Shown here: positions 26,901 through 35,197 of the stretch, one piece after another
Position numbering within the stretch: the first letter of the stretch is position 1
Layout of the letters: each line of letters begins with the position of its first letter
Source: a virus
Direction: 5' to 3' (one strand)
DNA: 64,000 nt
Virus record (IMG/VR): IMGVR_UViG_3300029922_000039
Made by a program: the position numbers and the translations under genes
The notes under the pieces: model-generated
Told to the model about the DNA's origin: nothing
Databases searched by the model: none
Seen by the model: the letters and a program-made list of their open reading frames with translations, nothing else

Positions 26901-29900
26901 GATGCAACGATGCCGCGGCGTCTTCCAGTCGGGTCAACATGCGCACTGCGTCGGAGTTCATCGACGCCAGATTCCAGTTCTCCCCGGCGTTCCGCATCTT
27001 GACGAAGAAGATTCCGGCGCGCGTCAGGCTGTTCTTCGTGGACGGGCTGATCCCTTCGAGTGAGGTGGGGTCGCTGACTGTGAGGCCGACCAGCATGTTC
27101 TCGAAAAGGCTCTTGGCCTTATCCGTCAGATCGCCCTTGTCGTCTCCTGTCTGGATCACGTACTCGGCCAATTGGTTCGGCGCAATGATGCCGGAATCCA
27201 CCATCAACTGAGCGATATCGGCGGAGCGCGCGCGCATCGCCTGCCGCGCTGTGAGTGTGCGGGTCTTGCCTGTCTTCTTGTCTACTTCGGTGCTGGGCAT
27301 TGAGCTGACGATGTTATCCAGGCGGTCGAGGTAGTCCGTCGTGAGCAGCCGCGACATAGCCGCGCCCATTTCCACTTCATTGATTCCGTAGGCAGGGGGG
27401 CGGTTGAGGTCCAGACCAAGCATCGACCACTGGTGTTCGTCTACCGGCGCATCGATGCGCTTCATCAGGATAGGGTTCCGGTACTTTTCAATCTCGGCTG
27501 GGTCGATCCCGAGCGACTGCGCGCGGCGCAACAGTTCATCGCGGTAGCGCGCGTATTCCTTGGGGTTCTTGATGAGAGCGGTCAGGATCGAGAGCGTGCG
27601 CCCGTTGCCGGAAATGACGTGGCCGCTCTGGTCGATGATGCCAGGACCCTCCATTGTCGTCACGCCATTGCTGAGAACCTGGTCGAGATCGAGATTGGAG
27701 ACACGTTCCTCCACGCCAGTCTGAGCCTGCTTATCGCTCTTGTAATCGCGCGGTTGCCCATTCTGGTTGTATCCATCCCGGTACTCATAGGTCATCGGCA
27801 TGTGCGAAGTCTGCGCGTCTGTGGCCTCCATCACAACATAGTGTGACGGGATACCTTCCCTGTTCTGAGGCGACACAACACGGGTAGCGCCGCCGATCGA
27901 CATTGGGTACGCCGGGGTGGCCGCTGGTGGAGGGGGTGGCGGATTGATAACCGACTGAGCGCCAGCCACCACTGCATCCGCCTTCTTTTGTGATTCATCT
28001 GCTGCTGCTTGAGCAGCTTCGGCTTGCGCCGTGTTTCCCCCAGCCCTTAAATTCTCTGCCGCGTTTTGCAGGTCGTGCGCCTGATCGGTAAACTCGATCA
28101 CCTGCTTTGCGGCTTTCTCGCGCGCTCCCTCGATATCCACATGGAAGGACGCGGCGGTGTCGTCGGCAATCTTCCGGGCAACATGCTCAGATGCGGCGGC
28201 GCGGACACGCTGCATCCGTCCAATAAAATCCCGCATCTTCGGCGTGCGAAGATCGTTGCGTGTGTCCTTTACGGTCTTCTCGATTTTGAACAGGTCGTCC
28301 ATGCTGTCAACGGGACCAAGGCCCAGGTCGCGGGCATCCTGAGTCAAGCCGGCGGTGGCCTCGACAATCGGGCGAAGGTTCTGCGGACCCTCCGGCGACT
28401 GCGCCTCAGTCATCAAGCCTGTCAGTTCTGCCCTGTGCTTCGCTGCGGCGTCAGCCGCCATATTGGTAGCCAGATCAGTTTCCATGTCCCGCTGGATCTG
28501 GTCGCGGTACTCCATCAGCATCTGGGCTTGCTGCCGGCTCCGCAACTGGTCCTCGATGTTTGCGAGGTCGATGTGCTGTCCAGAGGCAATGCGCTCCGAA
28601 AGGTCTGGAGTCAGGAATGCCTTCAACTTCTCCGGTTTGGCGCGTAGGTAGTCGGCCAGCACCGCGCTGCGGTCTTCTGGCGCCAGCGAGTCCCATGACT
28701 TGCCCATGGACTTCTCGGTGTGTTCGTTCAGATCGCGGTGCGTGGCCGGGTCTGCCTGGAGAGCGGAGTCCATGTTTGTCCGAGCAATGATGAGCTTGGC
28801 CAGGCCAGAGTGGAAGTCCGCGCCGGGCGCCAATGGCTGCTCATTGCCGGTAGAGTGCCGTTCCAGATAACGCTTCGACGCTGCATCGACCATCGCTGCA
28901 TCTCGCACGCGGTCGGCATGATCCTGATAGGCGGGGGTATCGCGGAACGCCTGCCATGCTTCGGGATGGAACCGCTCAAGCCAGCGCGCGGCGACGGTCT
29001 GCCGGGAGAGGGGAAGCATCGAGAACGAGGTCTTGAATCGATCTTCTGTGAGTTCCTGAACCTTGGACTCGGCGGCGGCAACTTCCGGGGCTGGGGCAGG
29101 CAATGGCTCCCCGGCGGCAGTGCGGCGCTCGACTACGGGAATGGCGGTTGACTCTGCCGTCTCTGGCTCATACCGCTGGCCGGGTTCGCGCTCGGTGGTC
29201 TGCTTGAGACCGCGTGTAGTCTGTCCCGACCGACCCTCTTCAACGGGAACTGCCGGAGCCTCTACCGCGGCTTGTTTGGCGGCCTCGGCGCGGTCCTTCT
29301 CGCCCTGTACCTTGGAGGCAGTCACCTTGTCTTCGGCGGCCTTCCGAGCGGCAGACTCGCGCTGCATGGCTTCGTGCTGTGCGGCGGCGCGGCGCGCCTT
29401 GGCGACAAGGGTTTTCCGAACAAGAGCCTTTGCTGCTTCAAGGCGTTCCGCGGTGACGCGAGTCCCGAGTCCAGCATCTACTGGTGATTCATCTGGGGAT
29501 ATTTCTATCCCTCCGGCGGTATTCTTCTTTACCTTCTCGCCTAGCGGAGACTTGCCATACTTGGCCCTGATACGCTTGACTTCCGCATCCACCTTCTTCT
29601 TGAATTCAGGATCGGCATCTTCCATCGACCGATACAGAACATCTGCCTTCTGCTCATCGGTCAACTTTACGAACGGCTTCTTGTAGAGGTCTTCCGAAGG
29701 CTTATTGAAGTCCCAGGTGCGAACGCGGTCCTTGACGGCTTCCGACCCGGCGTGCCCGTAGTGCATCCCTACAACGACAAGAGCGTTGCCGAACAGATCG
29801 CCCCACTTCTCCGCAGAGTCACCTTCTCCTGTTGCCGAAGACGCCGACGCATCGGCCACGCCAGAAACACCACTAGAGATCAACTGCCCCTGATACGACA

Positions 29901-30663
29901 TGCCAACCGCCTTGCCGATTTGGCCCGGCATGAGGGGTATCGTGGCGAGGGTGTACAGGTTCTCAATGCTTGTCTGGTTCTCGATGGCCTTGACTGCGTG
30001 AGTGGCGAAACGAGATCCCCAGTTCTTGCTATTCGGATCAAATAGCGACTGGAAAGCCTTCGTTCCGGTTACGTTCAAGCGCGCCTTGCCTGCCGACTCT
30101 ATCGTTTCGAGGGCCTGCTTGGCGTACTTGTCACCCTTGGCGGCCTGCTCCTGAGTGGCCTGCATCACCACATCTTGAACTTCTTTGTCTGCCGGATTCG
30201 GAACTCCAGAAGTTGCCGTGCCGCCGCCGAACAGCAATCCCCCCATGAACCCAGGGAATGACTTGACGATATCTTTGGCGTCCTTCCAGTTGGGCTTAGG
30301 AGCGTTTGCCTTCGCGTTCTCCCACCACGACGGTTCGTGTACGGTCGATGGGGCCGCGTGAAAGTCGTCGATCCACTTCTGCGCGTCATCCTTGTTGGCG
30401 AAGTCCATGCCAGACCCGCGCACCTTACTGAACGGGACATGATAGGTCTTGTCGCCACGGCGCATGGCGTAGGTGCCTTCGCCTTGTCCGGTGCTGGGGT
30501 CGATGGGGTTGTCTTCGACGGTAGAGAGATGATCGACAGGAGGAGTGGGAGCTTCGGCCGGCTTCGTATCGACAACTGCCCAAGGGTCGCTCGGCGGCTG
30601 CTTAGTGGCAGTCGGCGGAGGTGCTGGCGTCGTGCTGACAACTGCCCATGGATCCTGAGCCAT
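20944..30663 (-). CDS. giant polyvalent protein (ParB-like + zincin metallopeptidase-like + strawberry-notch/SNF2-like helicase modules), probable internal/ejected virion protein
   Basis: 3239 aa. Motifs: GHVISGNGRT (aa 1014-23); HEMAH (aa 1510-14) plus EELFAQAFERY; GAGTGKT (aa 1942-48); FDESS; YSSATP..LGLWPHGGF; QATSRTDRYGRQ. TAATG-coupled to the upstream 794-aa gene. Confidence 0.75.
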   Translation of the reverse strand: MAQDPWAVVSTTPAPPPTATKQPPSDPWAVVDTKPAEAPTPPVDHLSTVEDNPIDPSTGQGEGTYAMRRGDKTYHVPFSKVRGSGMDFANKDDAQKWIDDFHAAPSTVHEPSWWENAKANAPKPNWKDAKDIVKSFPGFMGGLLFGGGTATSGVPNPADKEVQDVVMQATQEQAAKGDKYAKQALETIESAGKARLNVTGTKAFQSLFDPNSKNWGSRFATHAVKAIENQTSIENLYTLATIPLMPGQIGKAVGMSYQGQLISSGVSGVADASASSATGEGDSAEKWGDLFGNALVVVGMHYGHAGSEAVKDRVRTWDFNKPSEDLYKKPFVKLTDEQKADVLYRSMEDADPEFKKKVDAEVKRIRAKYGKSPLGEKVKKNTAGGIEISPDESPVDAGLGTRVTAERLEAAKALVRKTLVAKARRAAAQHEAMQRESAARKAAEDKVTASKVQGEKDRAEAAKQAAVEAPAVPVEEGRSGQTTRGLKQTTEREPGQRYEPETAESTAIPVVERRTAAGEPLPAPAPEVAAAESKVQELTEDRFKTSFSMLPLSRQTVAARWLERFHPEAWQAFRDTPAYQDHADRVRDAAMVDAASKRYLERHSTGNEQPLAPGADFHSGLAKLIIARTNMDSALQADPATHRDLNEHTEKSMGKSWDSLAPEDRSAVLADYLRAKPEKLKAFLTPDLSERIASGQHIDLANIEDQLRSRQQAQMLMEYRDQIQRDMETDLATNMAADAAAKHRAELTGLMTEAQSPEGPQNLRPIVEATAGLTQDARDLGLGPVDSMDDLFKIEKTVKDTRNDLRTPKMRDFIGRMQRVRAAASEHVARKIADDTAASFHVDIEGAREKAAKQVIEFTDQAHDLQNAAENLRAGGNTAQAEAAQAAADESQKKADAVVAGAQSVINPPPPPPAATPAYPMSIGGATRVVSPQNREGIPSHYVVMEATDAQTSHMPMTYEYRDGYNQNGQPRDYKSDKQAQTGVEERVSNLDLDQVLSNGVTTMEGPGIIDQSGHVISGNGRTLSILTALIKNPKEYARYRDELLRRAQSLGIDPAEIEKYRNPILMKRIDAPVDEHQWSMLGLDLNRPPAYGINEVEMGAAMSRLLTTDYLDRLDNIVSSMPSTEVDKKTGKTRTLTARQAMRARSADIAQLMVDSGIIAPNQLAEYVIQTGDDKGDLTDKAKSLFENMLVGLTVSDPTSLEGISPSTKNSLTRAGIFFVKMRNAGENWNLASMNSDAVRMLTRLEDAAASLHHLQGKPGEVSKGSGRDSLIEKGLHPERYQGKKDTGVQGDLDITDFDGQSLHKPVHAGVEALAMALEESPAKYTEMLAKYADRATGVQASMFGAEHPADVFTDEIASKYGLNVIPEEWGSVAGLSDAMKTVIEDARGELPVEVPVSHETVIADTAPDSSSVEVALPEGPRTVQDLRRALESHPNLSPEEAAAVGDMMEHILPQALGMKLEELLGNRRLTIAFGGKEKGGQRGYTQILEDGRAIIRLCDTADTSTFIHEMAHYVRQYLSPADQSVANAFVGAKPGEEWTEKQEELFAQAFERYHYDGGIRRGKLEKVFATLSRSMQSVYNAVTGKKLAQGSPELKAMFDNWYDWTRTERKPLTTRLDVDAIEKMGKQAMDTGSVEVPRDAKVIRSGPKPGDNSKVIHKQNMADALDVIEERGADIKGWEILQVRGEQQVYLRIQMKRGKKLFQPSLSEMVDLSRRAKSLEDELKREQDPRRQALLRGQLNGIEDKLRGATGIIGSKPEPKDTSVIQLVHGLSEMPTQNEPTTPAQAATVQQVMGDPTAIALGGENARSRSVSHGTSGVREPGDAGEVHGGAGSADREHAAPGGSRTSGRGAIAKPAADPLAKVKAAKLQSPERPRGTPVVDPDKWRGHVEDLGLPKGTPPPTQRLATDLRDLLIFPGQPEVADGVISALQQYDATILASGAGTGKTFLGSALCSHLLGTSGDKVGLWVTRSQNLIHEADGLKDVARRFGVDVNDLPSNMEEMQTGMYAATYAGIRGNRSVLSVPWDFVLFDESSEARKWTDSEQGKAVIMLGHAAKKVIYSSATPYSTTLEIGYMHKLGLWPHGGFTGWASQFGLVESGPNSYSGGSAPRKLEKLRQQLIERGQWQQLHKDMEGTEAHVVLVPQTEEVRAGVRSIRKAFTMARAAFQRNKMSSLIKAAAGHEAIYLKRYLEAAKLPHAIELAAKAIKDGWSPVLFTEYRSAAEEGMDFINRLPGDLGKQINAMLPPLPDMVKAMRAQFGDKIGIFAGDANQLRAEELEGFQSGEKDALYATYAAGGVGASAHDKVGNKPRMGIFITPPWSSIMLEQATSRTDRYGRQSGVANIFLTTDALPEIKLLGTKVLPRMRALKAAVYGERNETQLSKNLREAAGIPEEMLEYDQGNEYAPEAADFERTTDEAKFTPISEFEIPDAKKAMHQPMKYKGQGKKLYQGPKDEDPEAHLNSLAQSAWEDMMGRTKSLPAEQSQAIAAHQGAFQAEAQHAGRAAKAAGENPKEAIDRRTRDLENDALLWFDGMKGTGRSAAHLVKSSLWMFGMSGDRAVEQICRDAGHEKMGMELKRRLIDYDIRSGNYRGEFGGMVEEIISKNKLTPNDLRTVSKVVEGQETTTDPRIDKAVTEFRKFTATVRKRLADAGMAVVFYDEKGKRSDVPYSKIADDPRYWPRIYNWEEKFIITDAKGDKVVASLGDIMRMPKGDERREALIEKVAEQKGISKIKAQLFFDKNARGIRLAGNVERAREFEIPMYGRDRKVLDRYVNEISEKLASAEVHGQFREKTDPLIDALPDSRTRSMVNHIITSDLDPARLHDSDRIALRWANRWLILSKMHLSPIKLPLHLAKTVLATNTRSLAESFIRSAINPREMRKNAVDCGAMVNYIKQAWMREYGMNGGGWDQKMLDYNGFTAIMNWSRVVASGAGRLWFEKYAYPELVKDPKSAVLRRKLTDLYGFTDEQMDNMATKGYGPEDVRRMELAAANWTTGSGRPSELPMAARNQLSDPPIFQRLTTLMRIAQSLHGFMFKTANLVNRTVWQELYKSDYKSAEPYKLIGRFSASFGLAGYALSELLHLRHQMSGSPEAAMEDRKKKWLEEHPVSKEALFNALHYISMGMGVETLTQLFNELATHDPKDAQKLVQQSRVTNSMVQIVVGVAVTDAYNAVKAAGEVGATYMDTGHHKQTPEERRANIVKQTVNEEVPISRYVPGLKPKKVAPSFPGRRHRMTSVLQ

Positions 30664-33047
30664 TACCTTTCAGCCTTTCCGGTTTTCAAATAGTCCTGCA
30701 TCTTTTTCAAGAGTCCGATCTGTTTTGGAGAATACATTGTATTTCCAGAATCCGCTTGGCCTTTCTTGCCATCCCCTTCATTCGTTATCCACCCTCTGAT
30801 ATATGCGTCATAGGTTGGACCGTTCCGGTCTTTGGAGCCGTTCACATCGTCCCACCATGTATCGTGTCGCTCCTGTCGTTTAAGTTCCTGAGGGGTAAAA
30901 TTCTGCATGAATTCGTTGCGTAAACGACTCCAATATGGATCGCTTCCCATGCCGTGCATCAAATCGCCATAAATGGCCTGCTTTAAGAGCGATGGGTTGG
31001 ATTTTAGTTTGTCGTCATAGATTTCAAGGACATTCTTACCCGGTATAGGCGAAGGGAAATCCTTCATGCCCGCTTCGGTTGGCGACCAAAACTCTAGCCC
31101 ACCTCTTTCTTTAAGGCCGCGTTCGGCGCGCTTTCCAGTGGCGAATACAACAGACGTGTTACCTGCGTTGAAATTTTTGGCAAGTCCAGGGTATTCCTGA
31201 AGCACTTCATGTAAAACAGGGTTTATAGCTTGTTTACTCTCATGGCTAGGGAACCTCCTTCGGTCTGTTTCCTGCCTCTCCGGGCCGACCTGCACGGGTT
31301 TTCCATTCCGTAATGTCCATTGCTGCCCATTAGCAAAGGTCGTTATATTGCCATCGCGGAGATGTTTAACCGCCTCAGGAGGCAAAGCACCCGCACCCCC
31401 CGGAGACGAGGCCGGGGGAGCAGGCGTTGCGGCTGCCTGTGGCGATACAGGCGCAGTGCCGCTTCCCGTTGGGGCTGCCGGTCCAAACAGAGGGGCCATA
31501 CGGCTTGCTGCCGCGCGCCTCGATTCCGGTGTCAGCGCCGTTTCTTTCGGACCACTTACCACGGCCCTGATTTGAGTCTGAAGATCGCGCTCTAGGTTCT
31601 TGAGTTGGTCTTCCGTCACACCCCCAGAATATTTTCCATGGCTGTCTGGCTTCCCGACTTGCCCGCGATTGTGATACTGATACCCGTTATCGCCCTGGCC
31701 AACGATATTCGCCAGCGCATCGTCTAGGGTGGGCATCGTCTTGTACTGCGGCAATCCCCGCAGACGGTCGATCGCCGCCGTCAGAACGTCGTTGTCGAAC
31801 TGCTTTGGATCAGAGACGGCATTGTGGGCAATGACCCCGGCCTGCTGCTGCCCGGCGCCCTCCACCTTGCGATGAGCCAACGACTCGCGCTCGTCCTCCG
31901 GCATGTCTGGGTATTCTTCTTTGTAATAGGCAAGAGCCTTCTGATACGAACCCTCCATGCCTTTGCCGCCACCAGCGCCCGTGCCTGCCTTCGGAGGCGC
32001 ACCCAAACGATGGCCGCGCGCGGTCTCTTCAGCCGTCCACTGCTCGAATGATCCCTTGTATCCACCCTTGACGGCCGTATCGTAGTCAGTACGCTTTTCT
32101 TCCGTTGGCGTAGGTGCTTTCTGCGCAGGCTGCCAACCTTCCGGCTCATTGCCGGGAGTGTAGTATTCCTGGCTTTTGCTGTCTGGCGACTGGTAGAGAT
32201 GAGCCGCCCCTGTACCGCGCCGCTGCGATTCGTCCATAATCCGACGCGCAGAATTGTATTGGTCGACAACTTCTTTCTGCGCCGGAGTCCTGTTCGCTTC
32301 CGGGATCTTCTCGTATTCCGAAGCCTGCCCGCCCAACTTGTATACCGTGCCCTGAGCATCGGTTACGGCCTTCTTGACGGAAATTTCTGCGGATTCAAGA
32401 TCTGCGCCGGCTACTTGGTTCTGCGTTCCCTGCTGCTGCGCCTTGCGCCTCTGTTGCGCCTCTGGAGTATTCAGCATGGCGATCTGTCCGTATACCGGAG
32501 GGCCAGCCTGCTTGGCTACCTGATACCACGCCTGAGCCTTCTCGTAGGGCGTCGAGTTCGGGTTCGTCAGAACCGCCTGCGGAGGAAGTTGGGGCTGATT
32601 CTTCTTCCCCTTGCCCTTCTTCTCGCCGTTCATCTGCTCGATATGCTGGCCGTAGAAGTCTTGCAGAGCCCCCCACGATCCATCCACAGAGGACTTGGCT
32701 GCTTTGTACGAATCCGAGCCGGGGTCCACCCCGGCCTGCGTCAACTGGTAAAGCCGCACCGCATCCTGGTTGTAGGAGTTCTGGAGGTCGTCCGACTTCT
32801 TTTTGAGCTTCATCACCTGCGCCGCCTGGTGATAGGCCCGGCCCTGCATGAAGCCGCGGAGAATGCCATCGGCGACCGTAGCGATCGCTCCCGACTTCTT
32901 CACCGCACCATTGATCTCTGGACCCTGCTGCGGGAGTGGAGACGGCATCGCCTGGACAGGTTCTGGCATGACCGGGGCCTGATACGGTGCCGGGTTCGAC
33001 GGGTCGTATGCTTGGAACTTTCCGGGATTTTCTTGCCCTGTAGCCAT
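30663..33047 (-). CDS. probable internal virion protein (794 aa)
   Basis: Track ORF. P/Q/A-rich and low in complexity, with a globular C-terminal ~200 aa. Call rests on its position between the 186-aa and 3239-aa genes. Confidence 0.5.
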   Translation of the reverse strand: MATGQENPGKFQAYDPSNPAPYQAPVMPEPVQAMPSPLPQQGPEINGAVKKSGAIATVADGILRGFMQGRAYHQAAQVMKLKKKSDDLQNSYNQDAVRLYQLTQAGVDPGSDSYKAAKSSVDGSWGALQDFYGQHIEQMNGEKKGKGKKNQPQLPPQAVLTNPNSTPYEKAQAWYQVAKQAGPPVYGQIAMLNTPEAQQRRKAQQQGTQNQVAGADLESAEISVKKAVTDAQGTVYKLGGQASEYEKIPEANRTPAQKEVVDQYNSARRIMDESQRRGTGAAHLYQSPDSKSQEYYTPGNEPEGWQPAQKAPTPTEEKRTDYDTAVKGGYKGSFEQWTAEETARGHRLGAPPKAGTGAGGGKGMEGSYQKALAYYKEEYPDMPEDERESLAHRKVEGAGQQQAGVIAHNAVSDPKQFDNDVLTAAIDRLRGLPQYKTMPTLDDALANIVGQGDNGYQYHNRGQVGKPDSHGKYSGGVTEDQLKNLERDLQTQIRAVVSGPKETALTPESRRAAASRMAPLFGPAAPTGSGTAPVSPQAAATPAPPASSPGGAGALPPEAVKHLRDGNITTFANGQQWTLRNGKPVQVGPERQETDRRRFPSHESKQAINPVLHEVLQEYPGLAKNFNAGNTSVVFATGKRAERGLKERGGLEFWSPTEAGMKDFPSPIPGKNVLEIYDDKLKSNPSLLKQAIYGDLMHGMGSDPYWSRLRNEFMQNFTPQELKRQERHDTWWDDVNGSKDRNGPTYDAYIRGWITNEGDGKKGQADSGNTMYSPKQIGLLKKMQDYLKTGKAER

Positions 33048-33062
33048 TGCGCTTCGCCTCTC

Positions 33063-33161
33063 CTACAAACTCAGGTCAGATACTCCAACCCCACTCACAT
33101 CCAACTGCATAGGCTGAACAGTACCCGCTGACATAAGGCCGGAAAACGTGGATGGGTCCAT
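33063..33161 (-). CDS. possible micro-ORF (32 aa)
   Basis: Fills the gap exactly. Reads MDPSTFSGLMSAGTVQPMQLDVSGVGVSDLSL. Weak SD. Confidence 0.2.
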   Translation of the reverse strand: MDPSTFSGLMSAGTVQPMQLDVSGVGVSDLSL

Positions 33162-33180
33162 GCCGCCCCCGCTAGGCTTG

Positions 33181-33741
33181 TCAAGCAAACGCTGCTCCCA
33201 CGGTAGCAGCATCGCTACCGAGAGAGGTCAGCGCACCCAACTGAGCACCTTTCTGTTGGATTTGCTGGCTCCCTAGTTGCCCGAGTCCCTGATTCGCAGA
33301 GTTATACCCAGAAATGGCCGTACTGGCAGATGAGATTGATTCACCTGTTCCTTGACCGGCGAGTTGGGCGAGAGCATTGTAGCTGCCCGTTACTGCGCCA
33401 GACGTGATATCCCCGATTTTCGCCCCTTGCGCCACGTCCGCCTGCTCCAGAGCGAGATTCTTCTCGCCTCCAGACGGCGCAGTATTCATGATGTTCTGCT
33501 TGGCGCCAGCCGTGGCTGCTGAAATCTGCTGCGCCTGCGGGGCAACGGCACGAGCGATAGCATACGGGTCGCCCGAAGCAAGCGTTTGATACTGATTCTC
33601 GGCAGCGACGAAGCCAGGGTTTGACTCATTGAAGAGGGTGTTTGCGTTTTGATTTTGTTGCTGCGCAATGGCTACAAGGGCGCTACTATTGTCGGCCTCT
33701 TGTTGCTGCACGCTGCTGGACAAACCGCTGGATTTTCCCAC
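33181..33741 (-). CDS. probable internal virion protein (186 aa, Q/A/G/S-rich)
   Basis: Track ORF with a GTG start. Low-complexity composition. Confidence 0.5.
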   Translation of the reverse strand: MGKSSGLSSSVQQQEADNSSALVAIAQQQNQNANTLFNESNPGFVAAENQYQTLASGDPYAIARAVAPQAQQISAATAGAKQNIMNTAPSGGEKNLALEQADVAQGAKIGDITSGAVTGSYNALAQLAGQGTGESISSASTAISGYNSANQGLGQLGSQQIQQKGAQLGALTSLGSDAATVGAAFA

Positions 33742-33808
33742 GCCACCACACTCCTACCGGGCATGGTATCAGCAAGCGGAGGAAACTACAGGGATTTGGG
33801 AGGGATTT

Positions 33809-34615
33809 TTACAACCAAGAAAGAGGGAGTTCCGGCTGCGGCTTGTCCTTGGCTTCTTCTTCGGTGCGCGCCTTTGCAGCGGCCCAGTCGATCTCGGCCA
33901 TCTTCTTGGCCCATAAGTCGTCGTCGATCGCCTCGGTAGGCACTTCCGGCTCCACCTCGACAGGCTCCGCGTTCTCCCTGCGCCACTGCTCCAGGAGGAA
34001 GTCCTCGACGCACTTCTCGAAGTCCTCGCGAGTCAAGATGGAGACCACCATCGACACGAGCTTCGATCCACGCAACTGAAAGCGGGGAATCTCACCACAG
34101 TCCTTGAAGCCAAAGCGCCCCATGTACTTCGCGGTGAGCGTGTTGTCGGCGTATCGATTACCGATGATGGCCTGAAGGTCGAACTCTTTGATCAGGTAGG
34201 CCAGCCCGAGCATGGTCACGATCTTCTGTTCTTCTGATCCCCAGTATTCGCGGAAAAACCCATACCCAGCGATCATAGAACGCTCGGTGTTCGCAGTGCC
34301 CACGGTCACCGTATTGAAGGCGAACCCCATCTCGACGAAGTTGTCACCCTCCCACTTGCCGAGAATGAGCAGAACGGCCCGGCTGGCGAGGTAGGTGATG
34401 ATCGAGTTGAAGTCGGAGGCGGGATTCCCGCCGAATGTTGCGGTCAGAATCCCATCTCCGGAGCGGCGCTTCGATTCCCGGCAGCGGCGGTACAAGGTCG
34501 CCAAATAGTCGTCGGGAAACAGTTCTGTGCGCGTCTTGTCGTAGCGCACTACGGCGAGGTCGCCCATGCGGTAACCGTCTTCTCGAAGCGCCGCCAGTAC
34601 GTCTACTTCGCTCAT
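33809..34615 (-). CDS. GNAT-like acetyltransferase-fold protein in the virion module
   Basis: 268 aa. GNRYADNTLTAKYMGRFGFKDCGEIP resembles the GNAT motif-A/B region. Acidic C-terminal tail. Confidence 0.45.
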   Translation of the reverse strand: MSEVDVLAALREDGYRMGDLAVVRYDKTRTELFPDDYLATLYRRCRESKRRSGDGILTATFGGNPASDFNSIITYLASRAVLLILGKWEGDNFVEMGFAFNTVTVGTANTERSMIAGYGFFREYWGSEEQKIVTMLGLAYLIKEFDLQAIIGNRYADNTLTAKYMGRFGFKDCGEIPRFQLRGSKLVSMVVSILTREDFEKCVEDFLLEQWRRENAEPVEVEPEVPTEAIDDDLWAKKMAEIDWAAAKARTEEEAKDKPQPELPLSWL

Positions 34616-34878
34616 CGGGACATTCTTTCTTTCCTGGCATCCAAGTCATCCCCGGTGGCCAGCATCAACTGCATGTCGATCCCCCGGTGAGTCTCCAGGG
34701 CCTTCTTGTGAACCCGCTCTGCGTCGTGTTGGGATACTTTCCCCACCATCGACGCCAGTGAAGCAATCTGCGCGTCTAGTCGGCGTTCCATCTCGGCGCA
34801 CCATTCGGGGAACTTCGGGGAGGAGACCATCGCCACGATCTCATCCTGCTTCATGTCGCCGTAGGCTGGGTACGGCAT
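34612..34878 (-). CDS. hypothetical protein (88 aa)
   Basis: Track ORF trimmed to ATG 34878 (MPYPAYGDMK...), in a TAATG overlap with the upstream stop. Confidence 0.45.
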   Translation of the reverse strand: MPYPAYGDMKQDEIVAMVSSPKFPEWCAEMERRLDAQIASLASMVGKVSQHDAERVHKKALETHRGIDMQLMLATGDDLDARKERMSR

Positions 34879-35159
34879 TAGTGCCCCCGCACAACATGAG
34901 GCCCGGCGGGCTGCGGAACGGCAAGGCCGGATGCAGACGGCCCCGCATCGAACTGGTCGGCGCACGCCTTGAGGGTGATCGCGGCATTCAACATCTGCCC
35001 GAGCGGCTGGTCGGCCACGGTGTAGCTCTCGTCCAGGATCAGCGCAGCGCCGACGTGGCTAAGAAAGCGGCTGATTGAACGAAGTGAATTCGTGAGTTGC
35101 GTCTTGGTTGGAGCGGAATTGAAGGAGATTTCCTCCAACTTCAAATCTTGAACCTGCAT
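34878..35159 (-). CDS. hypothetical protein (93 aa)
   Basis: Track ORF trimmed to ATG 35159 (MQVQDLKLEE...), preceded by GAGGAAG. Confidence 0.45.
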   Translation of the reverse strand: MQVQDLKLEEISFNSAPTKTQLTNSLRSISRFLSHVGAALILDESYTVADQPLGQMLNAAITLKACADQFDAGPSASGLAVPQPAGPHVVRGH

Positions 35160-35197
35160 GTTTTCTTCCTCGTCTTGGCGTAGTGACGCTTGCAACC

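Noticed and set aside
20944-30663. The giant ORF considered as an N4-like or crAss-like virion RNA polymerase.
   Set aside because: I could not find RNA-polymerase catalytic motifs. The recognisable motifs are zincin, ParB-like and SF2 helicase.
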